NCBI GenBank assembly: GCA_052327205.1
Contig: CM126223.1
Span: 40,362,001-40,426,000, forward strand
Length of the DNA stretch: 64,000 nucleotides
Reading direction: 5' to 3'
Origin: Somniosus microcephalus
Lineage: Eukaryota
Shown here piece by piece: positions 1 to 11,199 of the stretch (positions are counted from its first letter, which is position 1; each line of letters starts with the position of its first letter). The notes beneath the pieces were generated by a model. The model ran no database searches. It saw only the letters and a list, made by a program, of their open reading frames with translations, and was not told the origin of the DNA. The position numbers and the translations under genes were made by a program.

Positions 1-210
1 TGTGTCGGTACCTTTCTACCTAGACACAATTTAGGACTCAGAACTCAGAGATTCAAACATGAAGTGCTTTATTGGCAGGAAAGGAAGTTCTGGCCAGTTC
101 CGAACAAAGAGAGCTAAACTTAACTGAGAGAATACCCAACCATTTATCTCCTGTGACAGCGCCACCACAGGTGGGAGGAGAACACACAATAGAACACACA
201 ATACATAACA
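1..210 (-). mobile_element. LTR (solo, or the end of an LTR element running off the window) inserted in a CR1 endonuclease region
   Basis: Minus strand starts TGTTATGTATTGTG at 210, has a GGTGGCGCTGT..GATAAAT core and AATAAA (68-73). CR1 coding sequence (KTLVGIVYRPP) resumes right after 210. Confidence 0.6.
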
Positions 211-2729
211 AAGAGCGGAAAACATTGGTGGGAATTGTGTATAGGCCGCCAAACAGTAATGTAGGGAACCGTATCAATCAAGAAATTAGAAGTGCCTGTA
301 ACAAGGGCAATTCGGTAATTATGGGGGACTTTAATCTACATATTGACTGGGCAAATCAAATTACCACTAAAGGTGTGGAGGACGAATTCTTGGAATGCAT
401 GCGAGATGGTTTCCTGGATCAGTATGTGGAGGAACCAACCAAGGAACAGGCTATTCTGGATCTGGTACTGTGTAATGAGAAAGGGCTAATCAATAATCTT
501 GTGGTAAAGGGGCCTTTAGGGACAAGTGACCATAATATGATTGAATTTTACATTAAGTTTGAGAGTGATGTAGTCCAATCTGAAACTAAGGTCTTCAATC
601 TAAACAGAGGAAACTACAAGGGTATGAGGGACAAGTTGGCCATGGTAGATTGGGAGACTACACTAAAAGGTATGAAGGTGGATATACAATGGCTAACATT
701 CAAGGAAATAATGCATAATTTGCAACAAACATATATTCCTCTAGGGCATAAAAACCCAAAAGGAAAAGTGATCCAACCATGGCTAACAAAAGAAATTAAA
801 GCTAGTATTAAGTCAAAGGAGGAAGCTTATAAAGTTGCCAGAAAAAGCGGTCAGCCTGAGGATTGGGATCTTTTTAGAAATCAGCAAAGGGGGACCAAAA
901 AATTGATAAAGAAAGGGAAAATGGAATATGAGCACAAACTAGCGAAAAATATAAAAACGGATTGTAAAAGCTTCTATAGGTATGTGAAAAGGAAAGGACT
1001 GGCGAAGGTAAATGTAGGTCCTTTACAATCAGAGACGGGAGAATTTATAATGGGGAAAGAGGAAATGGCAGAAAAATTAAATAAATACTTTGTTTCTGTC
1101 TTCACGGAGGAAGACACAAAAAAACTCCCAGAAATACGAGAAAACCAAGGGTGTGGCGAGAACTTAAAGAAATTATTATTAGTAAAAAAACAGTACTAGC
1201 AAAATTAATGCGACTAAAAGTCGATAAATCCCAAGGACCAGATGATCTACATCCTAGGGTTTTGAAAGAGGTGGCCATTGGGATAGTGGACGCATTGGTT
1301 GTCATCTTCCAAAATTCTATAGATTCTGGAACGATTCCTGCAGATTGGAGGATAGCAAATGTAACCCCACTATTTAAGAAAGGAGGGAGAGAGAAAACAG
1401 GGAACTACAGACCTGTTAGCCTCACATCAGTAGTTGGGAATGCTGGAATCTATTATAAAGGATGCAAAAACTGGGCACTTAGAAACTAATAGTAAGATTC
1501 GGCAGAGTCAACATGGATTTACAAAAGGGAAATCCTGTTTGACAAACCTATTGGAGTTCTTTGAGGATGTAACTAGTGGAGTAGACAAAGGGGAACCAGT
1601 AGATATGGTGTATTTGGATTTTCAGAAGGCCTTCGATAAGGTCCCACACAAGAGGTTGGTGAACAAAATTAGGGCACATGGAATTGGGGGTAATATACTA
1701 GCATAGATTGAGAATTGGTTAACAGACAGAAATCAAAGAGTAGGGATAAACAGGTCTTTTCCAGGATGGCAGGCTGTGACGAATGGGGTACCACAAGGAT
1801 TGGTGCTTGGGTCCCAGCTATTCACAATCTATATCAATGATTTGGATGAGGGGACTAAATGTAATATTTCCAAATTTGCTGATGTTACAAAGCTAGGTGT
1901 CAGTTGTGAAGAGGATCCCAACAGGCTCAGTGAGTGGGTGAGAACATGGCAGATCGAATATAATGTGGATAAATGTGAAGTTATCCACTTTGGTAGAAAA
2001 AACAGAAAGGCAGAGTATTTCCTAAATGGTGAAAGATTGGGGAATGCAGATGCTCAAAGGGACCTGGGTGTCCTTGTACATGGGTCACTGAAAGTGAATG
2101 TGCAGGTGCAGCAAGCCATTAGGAAGGCAATTGGTATGCTGGCCTTCATTAAAAGAGGATTTGAGTACAGGAGTAAAGAAGTCTTACTCCAATTATATAG
2201 GGCTTTGGTGAGACCACACCTTGAGTACTGTGTACAATTTTGGTCTCCTTACCTAAGGAAAGATATACTTGCCATAGAGGGAGTGCAACAAGGGTTCACG
2301 AGATTGATTCCTGGGATGGCGGGACTGTTGTATGAGAAGAGATTGAGTAAACTAGGCCTGTATTCTCTTGAATTCAGAAGAATGAGAGGGAATCTCATTG
2401 AAGCATACAAAATTATTACAGGGCTTGATAGGGTGGATGCTGGAAGAATGTTTCCCTTGGCTGGGGGTTCTAGAACCAGGGGCCACAGCCTCAGGATAAA
2501 GGGTAGGCCATTCAGGACTGAGATGAGAAGAAATTTCTTCACACAGAGGGTGGTGAATCTTTGGAATTCTCTACCCTGGAGGGCTGTGGAGGCTCAGTCA
2601 TTCAAAACAGAAGTCAATAGATTTCTGACTACTAAGGGCATCAAGGAATATAGCGATAGGGCCAGTGAATGGAGTTGAGGCAGAAGATCAGCCATGATCT
2701 CATTGAATGGCGGAGCAGGCTGAAGGGCC
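211..2729 (+). mobile_element. CR1 LINE copy 1, ORF2 (APE endonuclease + RT) with frameshifts and stops
   Basis: ORF pieces 72-1199, 1151-1489, 1434-1706 and 1776-2678 carry YRPP, MGDFN, SDHN, NYRPVSLTS, YLDFQKAFDKVPH, GVPQG, KFAD and [10 protein letters not shown]. The CR1 3' tail is interrupted at about 2729 and resumes at 8748-8785. Confidence 0.95.
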
Positions 2730-4383
2730 TGGCATTAAACGGGAAATTAGAGACGCGTGCAATAAGGGCACAGCAGTTATCATGGGTGACTTTAATCAAC
2801 ATATAGATTGGGCTAACCAAATTAGTAATAATACTGTGGAGGAGGAATTCCTGGAGTGTATACGGAATGGTTTCCTGGACCAATATGTCGAGGAACCAAC
2901 TAGAGATCAGGCCATCTTAGACAGGGTATTATGTAATGAGAAAGGATTAATTAGCAACCTTGTTGTGCGAGGCCCCTTGGGGAGGAGAGATCATAATATG
3001 ATAAAATTCTTCATTAAGATGGAGAGTGAAGTAGTTGACTCAGAGACTAGGGACCTGAATTTAAATAAAGGAAACTACGATGGTATGAGGTGCGAGGATG
3101 GATTGGGGAATGTTACTTAAATGGTTGACGGTGGATAGGCAATGGCAAACATTTAAAGATCGCATGGATGAACTACAGAATTTGTTCATCCCAGCTTGGC
3201 ATAAAAATAAAACAAAAAAGGAGGCTCAACCATGACTAACAAGGGAAATTAGGGATACCATAAGATCCAAGGAGAAGACATATAAATTGGCCAGAAAAAG
3301 CAGCAGACCTGAGGATTGGGAGCAGTTTAGAATTCAGCAAAGGAGGACAAGGGGATTAATTAAGAGGGGGAATATAGAGTATGAGAGTAAGCTTTCAGGG
3401 AACATAAAAACTGACTGTAAAAGCTTCTAAAGAGATGTGAAGAGAAAAAGATTGGTGAAGTCAAGCGTAGGTCCCTTGCAGTCAGAATCAGGGGAATTTA
3501 TAATGGGGAACAAAGAAATGGCAGGCCAATTAAATACATACTGTACTTTGATTCTGTCTTCACAAAGGAGGACACAAATAATCTCCCAGAAATTTTGGGG
3601 AACATAGGGTCTAATGAGAGGGAGGAACTGAATGAAATCAGTATTTGTAGGGAAATGGTGTTAGGGAAATTGACGGGATTGAAGGCCGATAAATCCCCAG
3701 GGCCTGATAATCTACATCCTAGGGTACTTAAGGAAGTGGCCCTAGAAATAGTAGATGCATTGCTGGTCATCTTCCAGAATTCTATAGACTCTGGAACAGT
3801 TCCCATGCATTGGAGGGTAGCTAATGTTACCCCACTATTTAAAAAAAAGGTGGTAGAGAGAAAACGGGGAATTATAGACCGGTAAGCCTGATATCGGTAG
3901 TGGGGAAAATGCTAGAGTCCATGTTGTGTATTTTGAATGTGTATTAGAATTGTCCCACATGGGATACCGTAGTGGTGATTTGCAATGCACTATGGGAAAT
4001 GTAGTGCATTGAGTGAAGAAGCACATTGTAAATAAAATGGCCATTAACTAAACTCTCCACCCCGAAGTCCTTCTTAATTGTTATATAGGTAAGGGTATAA
4101 AACCCCTTGGGACACAGCAAAACTGGCGATGAGGACGACGGACTTGCGCATCACTTTGCACTGGAATCGGTGATGTTTAAAGTAAGAAGTTCCTGTCTTT
4201 TCTTAATGGCGCGCCCGCAGTTTAGTGCTGATGCAATCGCCTCATAAAGGTGGCGGTTCGTGTGTTACACAAATAAGAAGGGGGAGAGTAACGATACAGT
4301 GAAATGAAGTGGAGGAAAAGGACTGTAAAAAAAATTTAAAAAGTGGAGGAAAAGGACTGTAAAGATAAAAAAAAAATAACAAG

Positions 4384-5409
4384 ATGGCTATGCTTGAACC
4401 ATTTGATGAAACAGCGGAGCAATGGAGTGCTTATACAGAGCATTTCAGATTTTTCGTGACTGCAAATGGCATTAAAGATGACGTGAAAGTGGCGACGTTC
4501 CTCAGTGTGATCGGAGCAAAAACATTTGGCTTGTTACGGAGTTTGATGCACCTGGATAAGCCCGGCGCTAAGACATATGATCAGATTGTAGAAGTTTTGG
4601 AAACACATTTCGCACCCAAGCCACTGCTGATTGCCGAGAGGTTCAGGTTTCACAAACGAAACCAAGGGGAGGGTGAGTCCATAGCCGAATATGTTGCAGT
4701 GCTAAAGAAGCTAACTGAGCATTGTGAGTTTGGTGAAACTCTAAATGACACTGTCCGTGATAGGTTTGTGTGTGGATTAAGATGTGAAGCAACACAGAAG
4801 TGCTTGCTCACGACTGACAAACTGACGCTTAAATCAGCAGTGGAGCTCGCTGTGTCTATGGAGTTAGCAGCTAAAGATGCACAGCTGTTGGGGGCTGCAA
4901 CAAGAGTGCACAGGGTAGCAGCTACACCGGATAAGCATGCAAGGGGCGCCAGAGAGTGTTACAGATGTGGAAGGTCAGGTCATCAACCATCTGACTGCTG
5001 GTGTAAAGACCTGACCTGTCGGAAATGTGAAAAGAAAGGATACATTGAACGTGTGTGTAAAGGGCAAAGCAAACAATCCTACACGGAGACACACAAAAAC
5101 AAACAAGGAAACACATCCAACTGGCGTTCTAAAAAGAAAAACCTATACATGGTGAAACAAGAACAGGAAGACAGTGACACAGACTCTGATGGGGAGCTGA
5201 ATCTCCATGTGTTAACGGTGAATGGAGGCTCATCAGGCTATGGAGTCACTCCACTACTAGAGGGAATACCGGTCAAAATGGAGCTGGATACGGGGGCCGC
5301 TGTCTCCTTGATTTCAGAGAAGCTATTCAAAGAAAAACTGAACCACCTATCACTGACGCCGGCCAAGCTCATCTTAAAGACCTACACTGGGGAAACATGT
5401 CCTCAATGA
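4384..5409 (+). CDS. Gypsy gag (two CCHC-type knuckles) fused to aspartic protease N-terminus, truncated by deletion
   Basis: AERFRFHKRNQ, RDRFVCG, CYRCGRSGHQPSDC..CRKCEKKGYIERVC and MELDTGAAVSLIS. Confidence 0.9.
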   Translation: MAMLEPFDETAEQWSAYTEHFRFFVTANGIKDDVKVATFLSVIGAKTFGLLRSLMHLDKPGAKTYDQIVEVLETHFAPKPLLIAERFRFHKRNQGEGESIAEYVAVLKKLTEHCEFGETLNDTVRDRFVCGLRCEATQKCLLTTDKLTLKSAVELAVSMELAAKDAQLLGAATRVHRVAATPDKHARGARECYRCGRSGHQPSDCWCKDLTCRKCEKKGYIERVCKGQSKQSYTETHKNKQGNTSNWRSKKKNLYMVKQEQEDSDTDSDGELNLHVLTVNGGSSGYGVTPLLEGIPVKMELDTGAAVSLISEKLFKEKLNHLSLTPAKLILKTYTGETCPQ

Positions 5410-6517
5410 GCTGCACTCAGGACATTGTGGTATTGTCCGGATGAAGGAGCTGGCACGAAGCTACTTCTGGTGGCCCAGTCTGGATCATGAAATTGAAGTT
5501 GAAGCAAAATCATGCCCATCATGCGAGACAACCAGGGATACGCCAAGAGCAGCGCCACTGCATCCATGGGAATGGCCGGCGACACCGTGGCAACGGATCC
5601 ATCTGGACTTCGAGGGACCAGTGGAAGGAGCGATGTTCCTGGTCGCGGTGGACTCCCATTCCAACTGGCCGGAGGTTGCAGTAATGTCCACTACCACTAC
5701 GGAGAAAACCATCGAGACTCTGAAAGAGATGTTCGGGCGATTTGGTCTGTCGGAGCAGATCGTAACCAACAATGGAACACAGTTCACATCCCAGGAGATG
5801 GAGGAGTTCCTCAAGAGCAATGGAATCCAGCACACGTTCTCCGCGCCTTATCATCCATCCACGAATGGATTGGCGGAGAGGTTTGTCAGAATGCTGAAAC
5901 GCGCGTTGAAAGCGGCAAGAAGTGATGCTCCTCTAAAGCAGCGCCTGAATGCTTTCTTGCTGAAATACCAAAACACGCCTCATGCTACGACTGGAGCATC
6001 TCCTGCTTACCTACTCATGGGAAGGCAGCTACGGACACGCCTTGACCTGCTGAGGCCAACGTCCACAGAAGCAGTGGTGCACACCAACCAGCAGGATCAA
6101 GTCAGCAGACGAGCTCAGAGGTCCAAAGAACGACACTTTGTGGCGGGGGGCAAAGTCCTGGCACGTAACTACACCACCCCGGAGCGGTGGGTCCCGGCTA
6201 CGGTCATTCAAAAGACGGACCCCGTTTCATACCGAGTCCGCACCGGAGACGACCGAACATGGAGACGGCATGTAGACCAGTTACTGCCAAGACAGTCGCC
6301 ACAGGTAACCCAAGAAACAGAGGATCAAGGACCTACTGGGGGCTCCAGCAGGGACTGGTCGTCCGACCCTGAGACGGTGGCACCATCCACTCTTGTGCCA
6401 TCGAGGGAGGAAGCCACGCCTGCAGGGTCACGGGAGAGCCAGCCAGAGGCTGCTCCTGAGACTAGGCGTTACCCCCAAAGAGAAAGGCAGCCTCCAGAGC
6501 GCCTTAGTTACAGTTAG
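5400..6517 (+). CDS. Gypsy integrase (HHCC zinc domain + rve core)
   Basis: LHSGHCGIVRMKELARSYFWWP, CPSC, PWQRIHLDF, IVTNNGTQF (second catalytic D appears changed to N), APYHPSTNGLAERFV and RRYPQRERQPP. Confidence 0.9.
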
Positions 6518-7330
6518 TGCTAACCTGTGTGCATGGGGCAGAATAATCCCCAGGGTTAGCGGAATGTAGAGGCAGTCTACCCTCTCTTCCAAAGTTATAG
6601 TCATTTTCAGTTATTCTGTTTTGTGGACATTCTATTTTAAGGGGGAGGAAATATGTTGTGTATTTTGAATGTGTATTAGAATTGTCCCACATGGGATACC
6701 GTAGTGGTGATTTGCAATGCACTGTGGGAAATGTAGTGCATTGAGTGAAGAAGCACATTGTAAATAAAATGGCCGTTAACTAAACTCTCCACCCCGGAGT
6801 CCTTCTTAATTGTTATGTAGGTAAGGGTATAAAACCCCTTGAGACACAACAGTCCATTATAAAAGATGTAATAGCAGAGCACTTGGAAAACAGTGACAGG
6901 ATCGGACAAAGTCAACATGGATTTACAAAAGGTAAATCATGCTTGACTAATCTACTGGAATTTTTTGAGGATGTAACTGGTAGAATAGATAAGGAAGAAC
7001 CAGTGGATGTGGTGTATTTGGACTTTCAGAAGGCTTTCGATAAGGTCCCACATAAGAGATTAGCGTGCAAAGTTAAAGCACATGGGATTGGGGGCAAGGT
7101 ATTGACTTGGATAGAGAACTGGTTGGCAGACAGGAAGCAAAGAGTTGGAATAAACGGGTCTTTTTCCGAGTGGCAGGCAGTGACTGGTGGGGTACCGCAG
7201 GGATCAGTGCTAGGACCCCAGCTATTCACAATATATATTAATGATCTAGATGAGGGAACTAGATGTAATATCTCCAAGTTTGCAGACGACACAAAACTGG
7301 GTCGGCGTGTGTGCTATGAGGAGGATGCAG

Positions 7331-7860
7331 CCATGTCGACCCGCTAGGGCACGTTGGCCGGCTGCTCCTCAGCGGGAAGGCAGTCCTGGGAGGAGGGGAG
7401 ACGAGCATGGTGGCCAGAGGCCGGACCGGAAGCGGGAGAAGCAGGCCCGGGCCGTCGGACCGTGGAGCCGGCAACGGTGAGGTGGAGGCCACGGCGACCG
7501 GAGGATGTGTTCGGCGAGTCGGGCGCAGGCAGTGCAGCGCATCGGGACGCAGCAGCAGCCACCACGACTCGCAGTCCGAATGGGAGGAGGGGAGCCGGGA
7601 ATGGTGGCCAGAGGGTGAGCGGGAGAAGCAGGCCACCACATGTGGAGCCGAGCCGGCAACAGTGAGGAGAAGGCCGCGGTGACGAGGAGGACGGAGCGGC
7701 TGAGGGACATCGTGCTCCCACTGCCACTGGATGCCAAAGAATTGACTTTCTGAACACAGCGCTGTAAAAATAGCTGACGTGTCCCTACGGGGAGTAAGCA
7801 TTCCATTGTACTTGTACTTGTACTGGTTACATATGGCAAATAAAATTGAATTGAATTGAA
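7331..7860 (+). mobile_element. GC-rich insertion ending AATAAA + (TTGAA)n, probably the 3' end of a non-LTR retrotransposon
   Basis: Interrupts CR1 RT between GAGGATGCAG and TGATTTGGAC (compare intact copy at about 49000-49030). Tail is GCAAATAAAATTGAATTGAATTGAA. Confidence 0.65.
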
Positions 7861-8785
7861 TGATTTGGACAGGTTGGGTGATTGGGCAGATGCATGGCAG
7901 ATGCATGGCAGATGCAGTATAATGTGGATAAATGCGAGGTTATCCACTTTGGTGGCAAAAACAGGAAGGCAGATTATTGTCTGAACGGCAATAGATTGGG
8001 AAAAGGGGAAGTGCAACAAGAACTGGGTGTCCTTGTGCACCAGTCGCTGAAGGTAAGCATGCAGGTGTAGTAGGCGGTTAAGAAGGTAAATGGTATGTTG
8101 GCCTTCGTAGCAAGAGGATTCGAGTACAGGAGCAAGGATGTCTTGCTGCTGTTGTACAGGGCCTTGGTGAGACCACACCTTGAGTATTGTGTGCAGTTTT
8201 GGTCGCCTTATCTGAGGAAGGATGTTCTTGCCATGGAGGGAGTGCAGTGAAGATTCACTAGACTGATATCTGGGATGGCAGGAATGACGTATGAAGAGAG
8301 ATTGGGTCGATTAAACTTATATTCGCTAGAGTTTAGAAGAATGAGAGGGGATCTCATTGAAACTTATATAATTCTAACAGGACTAGACAGACTAGATGCA
8401 GGAAGGATGTTCCCGATGGCCGGGGAGCCCAGAACCAGGGGTCAGTGTCTAAGGATAAGTGGTAAGCCATTTAGGACTGAGATGAGGAGGAATTTCTTCA
8501 CCCAGAGAGTGGTGAACCTGTGGAATTCTCTACCACAGAGGGCAGTTGAGGCCAATTCATTAAATATATTCAAGAAGGAGTTAGATATATTTCTTAAGAC
8601 TAAAGGGATCAAGGGATATGGGGAGAAAGCAGGGACAAGGTACTGAATTTGGATGATCAGCCATGATCTCATTAAATGGCGGAGCAGGCTCGAGGGGCCG
8701 AATGGCCTACTCCTGCTCCTATCGTCTGTGTTTCTATGTTTCTATGTATGGCCTATTCCTGCTCCTATATCTTCTTCTTCTAATG

Positions 8786-9148
8786 GGATCTCTCTCCTCT
8801 TGTCCACCTCCTGGAGCAGCATCGGAGAACCTGGGGCCCGATCTATAGGTCTTGCGGCCAGTTCTCTCTACACAAGCATTTCCTGCTGTCTGCAGCCACA
8901 GTGCACCCCACCGCTCCGCCCCCCCACTTTAAAGAGTTGCTGGTTGTCTTTTAGTGGCATCAGGGATGCCCAATTTCCCGCCCCCTCAAACAGGTGCACA
9001 GCCAATAAGCAGCATAGGTAGTGTTGGCTGCATGTCTGAGTCATTATAATAAGCTGGCAGCACCAATTTATCGTGGTTGCTGCGACCACGTGAACAGGCG
9101 TGTATAGTATGTGCCCCGCCCATTTTCAGGCAATTGAATTTCTAGGCC
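8786..9148 (-). mobile_element. End of a PIF/Harbinger-type element with a Myb/SANT ORF start remnant
   Basis: TIR GAATTTCTAGGCC at 9136-9148. Minus strand near 8820-8845 reads RSGPRFSDA, like the N-terminus of the Harbinger Myb protein. Confidence 0.55.
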
Positions 9149-9225
9149 ATACATTGTACTTTACAAAGAGATGACATAGAAATACATTTAAGTACTATTT
9201 TAAATTTCAAACTTTAGGAAACTCT

Positions 9226-10202
9226 GGCCTAGAAATTTGGCTGCACAGCAACCGCTTTTGAGTGCTAACAGCCTCCTAAGCCTCCAATATGACGGGCAGG
9301 AAGCACATGCTGATTATGAGCTGGAAGTGCGCCGCCCGCCATATTGGTATAGGCAAAAAACCAGGCGTCCAGGGCAATGTTCCCCCTGAGGCCATGCGGG
9401 CACGCACTGATCGCGAGGTCCCGCACAGGCCGCACACCAGCAGGCGCGGCCGCTCAGCAAACTTAAAGGGCCTGTGCAAGGGAAAAAAAGAGAGAAAACA
9501 TTGGTCCAGGGCCCGCACCTGAAAAAAGATTTTAGTCTCTTTGGATATGGAAATAAGGGGCCTAATGCTTGTTTGAGGCACCAACTGCAATACTGGGTTG
9601 CCCTGAATCACATTCAGGAAAACATGGTCTACTTGTGGCCTAACAGGCGGTCCTTTAACACTGCAGCCTGCCACCAAAAAGGTAAGATTTTAAAATATAC
9701 TTAAGTGGAATGGGGAGCTATAATTAAAACCATACAGGAGGTTGCCAGCCAACTCCTCCCACCCCCTCCCCACACTTCCCATTGCAAACTCAAACCCCAC
9801 CCCCCCCACCCCCGCCTCCTCGATCACCTCTGCCACCCTCCCTCCCGATCCCAACCACCGATGCCCCTCTCCTGATCGTCGCCGATGCCCCTCTTCCAAT
9901 CGTCACCAGTGCCCCTCTCCTAATCATCACCGATACCCTCTCCTGGTTTCCCCCCTCTCATGGTCGCCCCCTCTTTCAGTAGCCTTTAATAACTTACCCT
10001 AGAGCCGCTGCATAGATTGTCGAGGTCTCTTCTCTGGCAAGCAGCCAGGGGGTGCCCATTTGGTGTCCGCAGCTTGCCCGTTCGGTAATAATGAGGCCTG
10101 AGGCGAAATTTTGGGTGCACCTCGGGTCTACCCATTCGGGCGCTGGGACTGTTTCCAGAGCTCGCTGCGCGCCTATTTTTAGCATGCTCGAATTTCTAGA
10201 TC
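9226..10202. mobile_element. Harbinger-type non-autonomous element (MITE)
   Basis: GGCCTAGAAATTT at 9226 and GAATTTCTAGATC at 10190-10202, with a GC-rich interior. Confidence 0.65.
9375..9503. mobile_element. 129-bp hAT-type MITE nested in the Harbinger MITE
   Basis: TIRs CAATGTT...AACATTG. Perfect 8-bp TSD GTCCAGGG at 9367-9374 and 9504-9511. Confidence 0.75.
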
Positions 10203-10217
10203 ACTGATTCTTTGATT

Positions 10218-10290
10218 TCATAGAATCATAGAATGGTTACAGCACAGAAAGAAGCCAGTTGGCCCGTCGAGCCCGTGCCAGCTCATCCAT
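10218..10290 (-). mobile_element. CR1 3' tail fragment (another at about 18366-18490 -, and 19895-20000 +)
   Basis: CATAGAAT repeats plus the GGCCCGTCGAGCC hairpin remnant. Confidence 0.6.
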
Positions 10291-11199
10291 TCTCTTGGAA
10301 GCATAGTATGTACTAGGAGCAAAATTTCACTCTTTTTTCACAGTGATCTGTCGGGACCTCTCCACTCGGCAGAACAACACTGTTTTAATCCTGTATTTTT
10401 TTTTAAAGGACATTCTGTTCTCTTTTTTTCCACTTTCTTCTGTTCAATAAAGTGGTAGAAGATTCCACTGGGGAATATAAATATTTTCCCAGTTCTCTGC
10501 CAGTGATGGTATTTAATACTCCCAGGTCAGGTATTGGCAAGGTTAAATACAGTACAGAACTCCTTTAATGTTGCCTGAACAATGGCAGGGGAAATCTTCA
10601 AACGTTTGTGGTAAGGCCATTTGCAAATCAAAAACTGGTCATAAATTGGCTTAGTAGTGTTTTGGGCTTGTGTCCTATTGTTAAAGGTAAAATATGCATG
10701 CTTGCCATTATGGATTATAGTATCAGGATACACCCAATTCCACCAGTTTAAGTCCCTTGCAAACCTCACAATGAACTGTTCTGCAACAAATCACAACTGT
10801 TAAAACCTTTTCTGAGGGTTCTTTCAAGTGGGAACTATCACTTCTACAACAATGGAATTAGTGGTTTAGTTGGGCGAACCCTCTGGTGGTTTGCTTTAGC
10901 ATCTGATGTTAATCCAGGAAATAAAAAGTGTTGTTTTTAAAGTCAGCAAGACGTGACTGCCACAGTTTGCCAACCAGGAACTTTGTCCTCCTTTGGGGCT
11001 GTGCAAAGCAGTGGCAAATATCCACCTATTGCCAAATTTGTATTATTAGATAGCCAGCTTTTAACATTCCGTGATTTTGATTTGCGTGGTGTAAAGGTTC
11101 TGAAAATAGTGCATTTGCCAAAAGAATCAGTCCTTCTTGTCAGCCTGTTTAAATATAAAAAGGGTAAAGGAATATATTTGCATAGTTCTAACATTCAAA

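Larger units (their letters stand above)
3922..6851 (+). mobile_element. Gypsy (Mag-like) LTR retrotransposon, internally deleted (no RT/RNase H)
   Basis: 198-bp LTRs at 3922-4119 and 6654-6851 (TGTTGTG...CACAACA; 6 differences by eye). TSD GTCCA at 3917-3921 and 6852-6856. PBS TGGCGATGAGGA at 4124-4135 (tRNA-Ser GCU-like). PPT AAGGGGGAGGAAA at 6639-6651. Confidence 0.95.
2730..8747 (+). mobile_element. CR1 LINE copy 2 (5'-truncated), split into 2730-3921, 6857-7330 and 7861-8747 by two nested insertions
   Basis: CR1 ORF2 homology is continuous across the insertions (GCTAGAGTCCA|TTATAAAAGATG). It ends with the GGAGCAGGCTCGAGGGGCCGAATGGCCTACTCCTGCTCC hairpin and TTTCTATG repeats. Confidence 0.93.

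Noticed and set aside
7250-8178. Several overlapping long ORFs on both strands
   Set aside because: Explained by high GC content and antisense CR1 frames. No recognisable domain.
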